From the NCBI GenBank assembly GCA_036785375.1, contig JAWMAR010000427.1:1302001-1366000 (forward strand): DNA of 64,000 bases, in the 5' to 3' direction. Positions 36,104 to 48,336 of the stretch are shown here, in pieces. This stretch comes from Leucoraja ocellata (Eukaryota). Below the pieces are notes generated by a model. That model was given only the letters and a program-made list of their open reading frames with translations, had not been told where the DNA came from and searched no databases. Position 1 is the stretch's first letter, and each line of letters opens with the position of its first letter. The position numbers and the translations under genes were made by a program.

Positions 36104-36923
36104 AATACCACACTTCAGATGAATATTACATGATCTCTCTCAGTTTGAGTGTGTATCGCTGTTGTGAAATCCACTAACAGGATGTATTGACCACACTTCT
36201 TTGCCTATCATTTTTATTGCTTATTTATTAATCATCTCCAATGTGCAATCAATGGTTCGTATTGTTTTTACTCCATAATGCATCAGGTTACTCCATTTAT
36301 GATGAGTAATTTCTCTGATGCTTTGGGAAAGCCAGCATTAAAAACACCTGATTAGAGCCATATCATAGTTAGTGCCCAGTCGCACTGTACGTTTGCAAAG
36401 TTTCCCTTGTTTTTACTGGTGAATGCCGACACATTCTCAGAGATCTTACTGATGCTGGCACTCTACGGAGCAGCTAGAGACATTTCATCTCCCGGAATCC
36501 CTATCAGTGAAACATTAAAGATAAGTGGTGAGGCTGGTTAGAGCTGGGGAAGATTTTTTATATTGGTCAGGAAACTATTAATTGACTGGTGTTAAATTAT
36601 ATAACAGCTGTTTCTTATTCATTATATGAATCTGAGCATCTTCTTTCCAATTGTTTTAATACCTAAATACAGTCAAAATTTATTAATTCAGCACCGATAG
36701 ATTTTAGTCTGTTGGATATTACACTTATGAATACCCCAACATTACTTGTAATTCACTTTTTGTTCAGTAGCACAGCAGTAAAATATTTTTTCTCCAGATG
36801 AGTTTAAAAGGATCAAAACACAATTGCAAACCAGCCTGTAGAGTCCTTAAATTAAACGTGTTTGTGTGGAAGAGTGAGGTGTCCGTTGCTTATTCCAATA
36901 TTCCACATATTCTTCCAAATACT

Positions 36924-37146
36924 TAAGAAGGAACTGCAGATGCTGGAAAATCGACGGTACACAAAAATGCCGGAGAAACTCATCGGGTGCAGCAGCATCT
37001 CTGGAGCGAAGGAGATAGGCAACGTTTCGGGCCGAAACCCTTCTCCAGACCGAAGAAGGGTTTTGGCCCGAAATGTTGCCTATCTCCTTCGCTCCATAGA
37101 TGCTGCTGCACCCGATGAGTTTCTCCAGCATTTTTGTGTACCTTCC
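36924..37146. mobile_element. Palindromic mini-Penelope insertion
   Basis: 10-bp TSD tccaaatact (36914-36923, 37147-37156); ~95-bp inverted arms joined at two hammerhead-like cores. Confidence 0.88.
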
Positions 37147-37689
37147 TCCAAATACTACTCCCTGGTATTCCCTACTGTTGCCAATAATGATGGCTTGAAC
37201 CATTTTGTTGCTGGTGCCCTGCATGTGATGGACCTAGCAGCGTACAGGATACATTCCTAATCTACTCTACTTTCAAATACCTGTGATACATAACTAATGA
37301 AGGATCATCAATGTAAAACCTTGACACTGCTTCTTTCTCCACAAGTGCTGTCTGACTCGTTGAGTTTGTCCAATATTTTCTGGTTTTATTTCAATTTCCT
37401 ACAATGCCATGTAGATACCAGTGTTGTGCCCTCACTGCAACCACTTCACATTAAGAATTCAGACCTATAGCCAAAATGCTGCTGGGTCCCGTAGCCCTTG
37501 TTACATCTAACGGCCATTCTTTAGTAGCATGGACTGAATCCAATTAGCTAAAGGTTGGGATCTGCCATGGTGCATACAGGAAGAGAATGAGATGGATCAC
37601 CACATTGACATTCTGTTTGCAAACGTTTTTGCAGTCATGTTGAGTACCGCTGTCATTGAGGATTGAGATGCTGATATTATAGGGTCATT

Positions 37690-38030
37690 GAGTCATACAC
37701 CATGACAACAGGCCCTTTGGTCCACTGAGTCCACACCAACATTTCAACAGGCCATTTCCACTCCTCCTACACTAACTCATTCTCTCCATATTCCCATCAA
37801 TGGATAAATCACCAGATTCGATCATTAATTTTTATACAAGTGCAAATTTACAGTGGCCCTTTAACCTACCCTGCATGTCTTTGCAGTGTGGGAGGACACC
37901 AGAGAACCCTGAGGAAATCCACATGGTCACAGGGAGAATGCGTAAACTCCACACAGACCTGGGGTGGGGATTGATCCCAGGTACCTGGGGCTGCGTGGCA
38001 GTAGCTCTACCAGCTGTGCCACTGTAGCCC
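37690..38030 (-). mobile_element. HE1/V-SINE, decayed
   Basis: Reverse V-domain gaggaaatccacatggtcacagggagaatgcgtaaactccacacagac. Confidence 0.75.
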
Positions 38031-38104
38031 AAACTGGGTTTGTTTTACAAAGTTAGTTGTCAAGTGTCCACTACCGCGGGTGACTGGATATAATAGGAGT
38101 GAAG

Positions 38105-38201
38105 TAGCCTGAAGAAGGGTCCTGGTCTGAAACGTCACTCATCCTTTTACTCCAGAGATGGTGCCTGACCCGCTGAGTTACTCCAGCACTTTGTGTCTAT
38201 C
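38105..38201 (+). mobile_element. Penelope-derived terminal repeat
   Basis: CTGAAGA-AGGGTCCTGGTCT-GAAACGTC; flanked by atagKagtgaag near-duplication. Confidence 0.75.
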
Positions 38202-39073
38202 TATAGTAGTGAAGGGCATTGATTTGAACTATTGATTGTGAGATTGCTTATACAGTATCTGTCAATTACATGCTAAACATTGTTTAGCATGCATTTGGAC
38301 TCTTGCTGCAGTGCCATTCAATGGATATTGATTACTTCGTTAAGTGCTGGTCAATGGTATCGATTCCTGTGTGCAGCATGGGGATTGTTTTAACTGTGAC
38401 AACCTGCTCAAGTGTAAACATAGTCAGTGAAGGTGAAACTGGATGCAAGGGATACAAGGCACGTGGTGTTGTATTCATTTCCCATTACCATTGGCCCACT
38501 CACGTAATTTTGTTAAAAGAAATAAAACAATATTTTTATTGTGAACCACTTTAAAGTGGTGTCTACATGTTCTGAATTCATCCACTGGGAGAAATAGTTT
38601 ATTTGCATCTCTCCTACATAATCAGGAGATTGAATACCACTCTACTTTCCAAAACTCATTGAGACAGCAAGATAAATTGGACAATAGCGTGCAGTGGTAC
38701 TGGTGGGGAAGTTTGTAATTCCAGGGCTCAAATGCCCTTTTATGATGCAGAAACCCATCAGTCCTGAAAAGAGAATATACAATTCTCATTATTTTGCTTT
38801 ATTATATTTATGACTATTGATACAAGATAATAAAATATTTAGGTTATACCTGCCATTAACATCCCTATGTATCAATATCACTGTTATGTTTATCATTACT
38901 TTTCAGTTATTTTGTTTTTGCTTTTGAAAAAACGAATAAAAATATTTTAAAAGAAAGATAATAAAATGGGCCAGTTGTAAATGGAGCTCCTAGGAAATAA
39001 ATGTTAGCAATGCATTCACAAAGTTGACAATGAATCTCCAAGATTGTACTAAGTTCCCAATACTTTGGGGTAT

Positions 39074-39818
39074 TAGAATAGAATAGAATAGTTTCTTTAT
39101 TGTCATTGTAACATGGGCCATGTACAACGAAATTTAAAATGTCAGCCAGTCAGTGCAGCATTCAAACATTTCTAAAGCTAACGAAACATCCACGGTAAAA
39201 TAATAAAGATAAGCAAATAAATAAAAAACACAGACAAAGCACGCATACACACCCAACCCTCCATCCTTCTGTCGATTTCACCGTTACCACAGTCCCTTAG
39301 TCTGTATCGCCCCTGCGTTCCTTGGCGGCCACATTTAGTGCTTTTATAGCAGTGGGGTAAAAACTGTTTTGTAGTCTATTTGTCCTTGTCCTTGTGGATC
39401 TGTACCGTCTGCCTGACGGCAACAGTTCAAACAGGGAGTGTCCGGGGTGGGAGATGTCCTTTATTATATTCTGGGTTTTTTTGGTGCAGCGGGAACTGTG
39501 TAGGTCCTCCAAGGTAAGGAGAGGGCAGCCGACAATCCTCTGGGCGTTGTCAATGGCCCTCTGGAGCGCTTTCCTCTGAGCCACTGTGCAGCTGGTGTAC
39601 CACACGCATACACAGTATGTTAGTATGCTCTCAATGGAGCACCGATAAAAGGACAGCAGCAGCCTCTGAGTGATGTTGTTCTTCCTGAGCACCCGCAGGA
39701 AGTGCAGTCTCTGCTGGACCTTTTTCAGCAGCGCAGTGGTGTTCACGCTCCACGTCAGGTCCTCCTCAATGTGGATTCCCAGGAAGCGGAAATCCGCCAC
39801 CCTCTCTACACAGTCCCC
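39074..39818 (-). mobile_element. Rex1/Babar LINE, 5'-truncated, with open C-terminal ORF
   Basis: ORF 39297-39800 FRFLGIHIEEDLTWSVNT...QQRLHFLRVL...HPGHSLFELLPSGRRYRS...SFYPTAI; (ctatt)n tail. Confidence 0.92.
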
Positions 39819-40234
39819 TCTCTACACAGTTAATGGATTGCTTGGAGGAGTGACAGTTATTTTCCTGTTAAATTCCTCCCCAATATTGTTGCTGTTTTCA
39901 GTCCAAGGATAAGAATAAAACAGGCCAACCATGATTAGGTCTCTGATTTGGAGTTTGTTGTTTGTTGTTTGATTTCTTTCAGAAGGCAGCTTAAATGCTA
40001 CTGTTGACTCCTGATCGTTTTCTGGTGAGCCTGTTCAATTTCACGAATTAGGAATTTAGTGTCTGTCATGTTTCGTGGAAAAGATTAAGAAAAATCAATT
40101 TCCTCAGTTTGATGGGGAGTGAGAATGAGAGGGATTGTCTTGGCCCAAGAAGAGTGAAGGGCAGTGGGAATGGATTTGGATTTTGTAGCAAAGGGCCAAT
40201 TCAGGCATAATTGTGTGGCAAACTAATGTAATTC

Positions 40235-40513
40235 TATGCAGGCCATTTGAGCCACCGAGTCGGCGCCGACCAGCGATCACCCCGTAGACTAATCTACACA
40301 CACATGCGCCAATTTTACAATTTACCAAAGCCAATTAAGCTACAAACCTGTACGTCTTTGGAGTGCAGGGGGGGAAATTGGAGCATCCGGAGAAAACCCA
40401 CACCGTCACAGTGTGAATGTACAAATTCTATTCAGACAGCACCCATAGTCAGGATCGAACCCAGGTCTCTGGCACTGTAAGGCAGCATCTACTGTTGCGC
40501 CACTGTGTTGCCT
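40235..40513 (-). mobile_element. HE1/V-SINE
   Basis: Reverse tRNA head (caggatcgaacccagg; tgcgccactgtg) and V-domain. Confidence 0.85.
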
Positions 40514-40619
40514 GCAAACCCTTCAGCAAAAGAAGCAGCCCACACCTGCATACAGCAGGTAAGGGAAGGGTAACATTTGTGAAACCATGAAGTGACCCTC
40601 CAACAAGAGAGAGTCTAAT

Positions 40620-41300
40620 TATCTACCCTTGACATTCATTCAATGACATCAACACCAAATTCCCAACCGCCAATGTCTTGGAGGTCGCTATTGACCAGGA
40701 AACTTTATTGAAATATAAAGTGTTGGAGTAACTCAGTGGGTCAGGCAGCATATTGGAGGACATAGATAGGCAACGTTTCTGGTCGAGACCCTCCTTTAGA
40801 CTGACCAACCGAGCTAGTCAGTTACAGTAAATACAGAGCATAAAGAACAGTGCAGAGGGTGGATGTCCTGCAGCAAGTGTCTCATCTCCTGATGCCTGAT
40901 CACCTTCTCCAATGCATACGTCAGGAGTGTGATGGAGTACTCCCCACTGTCAAACCAACCATTCTGAAGAAGCTTCACACCATCCATTTGATTGGTACCC
41001 CATCAATTGCTTTAAACATTCATTCCCTCCACCACAACATAATGCGGTTACTCACCCAGTCTGCTATCATCGCAGCTTCCACAATCTCACCCAGTAAAAG
41101 CGCATCAGAAGCAAGTGGAACACCAGCATCTGCAGGGTGTTTTTGTAAGACTTGAAAACATATCGGATATGCGTCATCATTGCTGAGCCTAAATTCAAGA
41201 ACTCCCTTCCCAACAGCTCACTGCCATCTTCTCAAGGGAAGACGGGGAGGAGCAATAAATACCAACCTGACCAGTGATAGACTAAACTTGAAAAATTAAT
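40620..41300 (+). mobile_element. Old CR1/L2-group LINE 3' end containing a Penelope-derived insert (~40712-40805)
   Basis: VRSVMEYSPL remnant (gtcaggagtgtgatggagtactccccact); tail cttctcaaggg...gcaataaat. Confidence 0.65.
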
Positions 41301-42650
41301 AACTTAAAAATCAAAATCAAATGTCATGGAAATATTTCCCTGTTCCTTGCTGCTCCTTCTAGAGGTGCGGCTGGGGAGAAGGTTCCAGGATATAGATCTG
41401 TCACCAGACATAGAAGTTCCTCCTCAACAACACTAAGGGAGCACCTTCACCAGAAGGACGACACTGATTCATGAAGGTGGCTCACCCCCACCTTCTCAAG
41501 GGCATTTGGGGATAGGCCTTGCCAATGATGATATTCTCCCATTAGAGAATATATGAAAAATCCTAACACCTTTACATTAAGATAAAGGCACTGAAGGCTA
41601 ATATATTTATCGAGAGTTGACCGTAGTGAAATACTGAGATAGTGCACCTTGACAATTTAAATGGAAATGACGCACTACCACCTTTACCAAACAATGAAAC
41701 GAGTGATTCATTGGCATCTTGGTACATTAACCAGGAGACTAGCTGTGCAATTTGATATCAAAGGCTGTAGTCCTTTCTAAATTCATCATCTTTCCTGTAC
41801 TGAAATCTCAGTAATGAGGCAAGGTGTAAAAGTCTACAAATGTAATTTGCCAAATAACAGAATGAGAACTGAGTAGATAAATCCCTGTTGTACTAGATAT
41901 CACATAGAAAAGAGCTTATTGATCAACTGGAAGAGAAAAATCCATCCGCTTCAATATTATCCTTCAGAACTGGGCCTTGTAAAAGAATAGCTTCTGTTTA
42001 TTATATAATTGATTTCACTGAAGCATAGTCCTAAAACAATTTTTCCATCATCTTCAGATTCTGCTGCGTCCAATAGCTGATGTGAAGCTTATTCTTCTGA
42101 AAATGACCTGATTCTGAATTCAATTATATTTAATCTGTCGTGGTTTTCCTTTTTCACCCAAGAGACATATTTCCAATGCCCTGTCAGACTTTCACTCTGA
42201 CCTTCATCTTATCTCCGGTCCAAACCTTTATCTGCTGTGTGATATAGTGTCATATATATTATTTCCAACATGATTTGTGTTGCTATGAGTGTCTGGTTTA
42301 TTAACTCTTCCATTGCGGTAGTGTTCAACTAATCGTTGAAAAGAGGTCATTTTTCACCCTTAAAACTTAAAAACCAGTGTTGTGTTTTCAGAGCATCATT
42401 TAGAGGCCCTGTTTCACATAACATCCTGGTGCTCACTAACTCTGTGTCCAACTGGCAATGTCTTGATTCTAACATTCTCGTTTGTTTTCAAATATCTTGT
42501 CCAGGACTCCGCATCTCCCTATAACCTCTTACAGCTCTTTGTAATCTCTACATTGGTTCTTGCTCAAGGTCACTCATGGTTTCTTTGGTCTCAAATAAAA
42601 ACAGAAAATGATGGAACCAGGTCAGGTCAGGCAGCATCTGAGGAAAGAGA

Positions 42651-42863
42651 GTTTAAGAAGGAACTGCAGATGCTGGAAAATCGAAGGTTCACAAAAATGC
42701 TGGAGAAACTCAGCGGGTGCAGCAGCATCTATGGAGCGAAGGAAATAGGCAACGTTACGGGCCGAAACCCTTGAAGAAGAGTTTGGGCCCGAAACGTTGT
42801 CTATTTCCTTCGCTCCATATATTCTGCTGCCCCCGCTGAGTTTCTCCAGCATTTTTGTGTACC
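42651..42863. mobile_element. Palindromic mini-Penelope insertion inside an older Penelope-derived repeat
   Basis: TSD tctgaggaaagaga on both sides; inverted arms of the same family as 36924-37146. Confidence 0.88.
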
Positions 42864-43658
42864 TTCTGAGGAAAGAGAAACAGTTAATGTTTCAGGCCCA
42901 GGTCAATTTACCATGACTTCCATGTTCATTATTTTCTTTCTACCAAAGTTGGTAACAGTTCCGCAAGGCCACCAAAGATCTCAATTCATTAGGATTTCCT
43001 GCTCTCTAAAGCTCTCTGCATCTCTCTCACCTCTCTCAATGTAGTTCTTAAAACTTGTTTCCGAGGCAGCATGGTGTGTGATTTGGAAGGGAGCCAGTAG
43101 ATGGTGCTGTTCACATGTTCTTGTGACCAGTTGATTTTGTCTTTGGTTGGAGAGATCATGGGTTTACTGTGAATGTTGAGCACCTTGGGAGATGTTGGAG
43201 CTGCACTCACACAGGTATGTGGAGACAATTCTACCATACTCTTGATATGCATTGTAATATGGAAAGATTCTTCAATTTTGGAAAATTGAGTCACTTAGCA
43301 TGAGATGCCAAATATCTAGCTTTTTGACCATTGTATTCATGTGGCTAATCCAATTGAGGTTCTGTTTAAAATTAGTATATAATTAATTTTGACATCACTG
43401 ACAAGGCCACCATTTATTGTCCATTCCCAATTGCCCCTGTGATGGGTGTCAGCTACCTTTTTGAACTTCTGCAGTCCTTCTGCATGTCTTCTGGGCAGTT
43501 CCAGGATTTAGACACAGTGGTGATGAAGAAGTAGCAATATATTTCCAAGTCACGGTGGTGCCCAATTTGGTGGGGAGCCTGTAGGAGGTGGTGCTCCCAT
43601 GCTGTCCTTTATTCTTCATGGTGGTAGATGTTTTGGGAGGTGCAGTCAGAGTGGGTAA

Positions 43659-44101
43659 AGGGGCTGTCCCACTGCGGCAACCTAATTGTCGAGTTTAGAA
43701 GAGTTTAGGAGAGTTTGAAAAAATGTTGAACACCTCCTTCGACTATGTAGAAGACCTCCTTCAACCTCCTTCGACTAGCCTTGACTACCTTTGATTACCT
43801 ATGACCACCCTTGATCACCTACGAATAACATGCCGACCTACTATGACCTACTTCAACTAAACCTACGAGTAAAAAAATATCTATTTTTTCCATGGCGACC
43901 TTTTTTTTTTACTCTCGGGCATTTTTCAGCATGTTGAAAAATACGTCGCGACCTAGCTGAGGCCTCGAGTATGCACAGACTCGAGCATGAAGGAAAGTTA
44001 CAAAGACCTCCTAGGAACTCGTGTCGACCATGCTGCGAGTATGAGTTGAGGGCAAACTCTTCTAAACTCGCCAATTAGGTCTCCACAGTGGGACAGCCCC
44101 T
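43659..44101. mobile_element. Complete PIF/Harbinger-type MITE
   Basis: TIR AGGGGCTGTCCCACTG / CAGTGGGACAGCCCCT; flanks TAA and TTA (TWA target). Confidence 0.92.
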
Positions 44102-44469
44102 TTAGGCAGGTAACTCAGTGCATCTTGTAGGCACAGTACACACTGTCTGCCAGTAGCGGAGGGAAGAATGGTGTAAGATGTGGTACAGGGCACCCACCTC
44201 TCCTCCACCTTCTTTGCAACTTAATGCTAATAATTTCTCTCTTTCCCAGTTCTGCTGGAGGTTCTTTGAACTGAAACACAAACCGTGTTTCGCTTTCCTC
44301 AGATGCTGCCTGACCTACTGAGTATTTCCAAGATTTTCTGTTTCCAGCATCTGCATTGTTTATTTCCATTCACAGGAAAGGACTAAAAGTAATTAAAGCA
44401 CGTGTGCAGTGCCTACTTGATGCCAATGCAATTGTAGTTTATACCCAATGCCTGCAAAGATCAAAAATG

Positions 44470-44954
44470 CACTACGGCAGCTGAGGAAGCACAATCTGCC
44501 ACATGTGATGGTCCAATTCTATAGGTTCTTGGCTGCAATCTTCCCTCCATTGACGAACTGTACACTGCAAGGGCCAGGAAGCGAGTGGGTAAGATCATCT
44601 CTGACCCCTCTCACCATGGCCACAAACTCTTTGAATCACTTCCCTCTGGAAGGCGACTCCGGACTGTCAAAGCTGCCACAACCAGACATAAAAACAGCTT
44701 TTTTTTCCACAAGTAGCAGCTCTACTCAATAACCAAAAATCTGTAGCCTCCTTTTGCTCTGGTATTTTAGTTAATTCACATGTTTAATCAACAATGTTTT
44801 ATTATTACTGTTTAATGTTTTATGTATCATTGTTAACTGTCACTGCATGTCATGTTGTCACATGCGGGCGGAGCACCAAGGCAAATTCCTTGTATGTGAA
44901 TACTTGGCAAATAAACGTACTTACTTACTTACTTACTTAATTACTTACTTACTT
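44470..44954 (+). mobile_element. Rex1/Babar LINE 3' end with (TTAC)n tail
   Basis: LRQLRKHNLP...; catggccacaaactctttgaatcacttccctctggaaggcga; aataaa then (ttac)n. Confidence 0.85.
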
Positions 44955-44959
44955 AAAAG

Positions 44960-45245
44960 TTAGCATAAACATCCACCACAGCGGATCCCCCACATCCCTC
45001 ACCGTGATGGAAGGCAATAAAGTCTAATCTCCTTCCACTTTATTCTCCTGTGGTCAGGCCAGTCGAATCATCCGCAGTCGGGGCGATTGAAGCTCCCACT
45101 GCCGGCGATCAAAGCCCTCGTGTCGGGACGATCGAAACTCCGCGTCAGGGCGATCGAAGCTCCTGCGTCGGGGTGATCGAACCTCCTGTGGCCTCGAGCG
45201 TCCAAAGTTGGTCTCTAACCAGGGACCTCGAGCTTCCCAGTTAAG
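44960..45245 (-). mobile_element. Fragment of a GC-rich non-autonomous retroposon with ~21-bp internal repeats
   Basis: Shares ataaacatccaccacagc...gatggaaggca with ~33000-33040; repeated gtcggggcgatcgaagctcc. Confidence 0.55.
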
Positions 45246-45836
45246 TCTTTTAGTGGAGTTTTGAGAGCAATAGGCTGGATTTAAATGGAGCTTTAAAACC
45301 TCAGGCTGGCTTTAAGCCATGCAACTGAATTTAACTGGATATTTCAGAGATGCATACTAACTTTAAGCAATACGAGCTAGTTTGACATTCACTATATTGG
45401 CACACTGCTAACACATCCAGTCAATGCACTGACGAATTGTAGGGATTATTGAAATGTGCTGGTGGCAAGTAGCTATATATGAATCCATCCCTCAAATCCT
45501 GTTTCTTCACTTAGCAGAATGAACTGTTTCATTATTCAGGAGAGCAGCAGCAGGGTGGCAGTGAGATGTTGCCAAATTAAAAAAGTTCAAGAGAAGTAAG
45601 AAGCGGGATTTAATATTGAGCACAAGCCCTTGAGTGAAACTTCAGAGGCAGTCCAAAGAAAATGTTGATGCAAATCAAATAAAAATAACTGCATACCACA
45701 AGCTGTTCTCGGTGCAAACTTGTGGCATATTATATACATAGACAGACACATAGACAATAGGTGCAGGAGTAGGCCATTCGGCTCTTTGAGCCAGCACTGC
45801 CATTTAATGTGATCATGGCTGATCATTCACAATCAG

Positions 45837-46416
45837 GGGGTGGAAAATTGCAACCTTCACGTGGTCTGCCCTGTTTCGACGAATGCAATCAACCCGGCGT
45901 GCACAATCAAATAAGATCAAATAGAACAAGTTGTCCTACAACTTTAGGCCAGTGGTTCCCAACCTTTTTTTGGCCATGCCCCACCTAATCACCTCTAAAA
46001 TCCTGATGCCCCCCCCCCCTTGCTTTCCCTTGAGAGAAAACGGAGGAAATAGATATTATAAGGGTAACTTAGCAAAAGCTCTTTGAATCGCATTTCTAAA
46101 TCCATTTCAATAAATAAGGTTCTCCCATGACCTCGTGCGACGTGCATGAAGAGCGATGGCGCGGTGATTATGTATTAACTACACAATAAAGACCTTTTTT
46201 ACCCAAAAAAAATTATTTACTCAAAATAACATCTGAAACATAAACTACATATGTTTACCTGATGGAAAATCCCAAAAAATAAAAATCGAAAATTTGGACC
46301 CAGACCTCAGTCACGCTCAATTGCCCCCCTTAAAAATCAAATTGCCCCCCTGTGGGGCGTGCGCCCCACGTTGGGAACCACTGCTTTAGGCTGTGCACGC
46401 CACACGCAAGAAGAAG
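45837..46416 (+). mobile_element. Short retroposon 3' end with (AAG)n tail (possibly Ingi/Vingi or RTE group)
   Basis: 12-bp TSD attcacaatcag (45825-45836, 46417-46428); ends cacgcaagaagaag. Confidence 0.7.
45950..46383. mobile_element. hAT (Charlie-like) MITE
   Basis: TIR CAGTGGTTCCCAAC / GTTGGGAACCACTG; 8-bp TSD CTTTAGGC (45942-45949, 46384-46391). Confidence 0.93.
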
Positions 46417-46498
46417 ATTCACAATCAGTACCCCGTTCCTTCCTTCTCCCCATATCCCTTGATTCTGCTCACCCTAAGAGCTCTATCTAACTCTCTTT

Positions 46499-47276
46499 AG
46501 GGCCTGTCCCACTTAGGCGACTTTTTAGGCGAGTGCTGGAGACTCTGCGCTCACCTCATGATCGCCACATTGTCGCAACATGGTCTCTGGTGAGTCACCT
46601 TCATGGCTGTGAGGAGTTCCCGCATTCTGGGAACTAGTCGCGTCCTAGGTATGGTCGCAGCAAATTTTTTAACGTGTTGAAATTGCTCGCCTTGGTGAAA
46701 ATCAATACTTTTGCAGTGGTAGTGGGGTCGCCATGTCATTGTAGGTAGTCGAGGTAGCCGTAGGTAGTTTTAGTTAATCTCCTTTGTTGACCAGGCATTT
46801 TCATTGGCTCATTGGGGGGAAAAAATGGTAAGCACGAGTTTTCAGAACCAAGGAAAACCGACCGGTCATGTTAAATTCCCGCTAAACTTCACAGCTGTGT
46901 ATTTCTGGCTTGTTTAAAGTTGGATGTCTTCTTAAAAAGTGTCTCCACTCCTTCTCACCCCCCCCCCTTCTCCCCCCTTCACTCCCCTTCTCTCCTCCCC
47001 GTTCTTTTAAAGGACTTACCGTACACAGTGCTAGCGTTCTTTAACCTTCCTGTTCTTCCTGTGTGTGTCTGTATCACCTCGGCTTTGCACCATGTGAATT
47101 TCAGACAGCGCTCCCCCGCTTTCCCAGGCCCCCGCCTTTGCAATGTGTGTGTGTGTGTGTGTGTGTGTGTTCCGCTCTGACGGTCGCCGTTCCAGTTCCC
47201 GGTTTTTCAGGCGTGTGCCACGAGCTTGAAGGTCGCAGGCAGTCCGCTGACAAGTCGCTTCAGTGGGACAGGCCCT
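46499..47276. mobile_element. PIF/Harbinger-type MITE
   Basis: TIR AGGGCCTGTCCCACT / AGTGGGACAGGCCCT; internal similarity to the 26898 and 53301 copies. Confidence 0.88.
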
Positions 47277-48336
47277 TCATGAATGCATCCAATGAATCGC
47301 CCTCCACTGCTTTCTGAGGCAGAGAATTCCACAAATTCACAAATTGCCTGAAAAAGTTTTTCCTCGTCTCATCTCTAAATGGCCTACCCATTATTCTTAA
47401 ACCATGGCCCCTGGTTCTAGACTCTCCCAATATCGGGAGCATGTTTCCTGCATCTGGCATGTCCAATCCCTTAATAATTTTATATGTTAATAATGGGCAC
47501 GTGCTTATGAATGGAGGACAAGTGGGCAGTAAATCTCTTAACTAGTTTGTGGTTGGCAATTTTAATTAAACTGATAATTATTGTAAGTATCAGGAAAAAA
47601 AATATTTCTAACATTGATACTTTTCCAATTCCCAGCATCATTTGTCAGAGATGTCGTCTTGAGTAGTCAATCAAAAAATAACCAGATTTGAAGCTACTAA
47701 TACTGAGAAAGCTAACGTCAGTGCTAACTTTCCACTCAGATCTCCATTCTAGTCCTAGAACTTTATTAAATGTAAGTATCAAACAGTATCCTCAAAATAA
47801 TAAGATACCAGATTTAGCTTTCAATGCCACAGACAGAAATTCTATGATATTCTCCGAGACACTATGAATCGTCAGCTGACAAACAACTCAGCTTACATTT
47901 ATTTTGCAGCTTTTACACAGTAACAATTTCCAAGGAGTGTTATCAGGTAAAGGTTAACATTAAGATATTAGGATGGTTGGTCATAAATTCGATGAGTGGT
48001 ATAAAGATGCTGTTTTTAACGATAATGTGTTGAAAGACCAGTAGGCTTCATGATTCAGTGAAGTTCAGGAGCAGTTCATTGCATGGAACTCTAAGGTTTT
48101 GTCTTTCCGTTCATGAAAGTCACAAATCAGTGGAGTACTGTGGAGAGAAATTGCAGAATCATAAAAGGATGGAGCAATGAAGCAGGACCTGCAGGATTCT
48201 GAGAACGCTGGCCATCTACTCATAGAAACCAGTCCCACGTTCATCTCAGTTTTTATTCTCACTACATTCCCGTTAACTCACCCGACATACGCCCACTCAC
48301 CACATATTAGAGGCAATTTGCAGTGGCCCATTAAAC

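Larger units (their letters stand above)
45738..47487 (-). mobile_element. CR1 LINE 3' end split by nested insertions
   Basis: Pieces at 45738-45836, 46417-46498 and 47277-47487 rejoin into one CR1 end (GESRTRGHGLRIMGRPFR...VNLWNSLPQKAVE). Confidence 0.85.

Noticed and set aside
36449-36499. Minus-strand segment with plausible splice acceptor and donor
   Set aside because: All three frames contain stops; shows that such signals occur by chance here.
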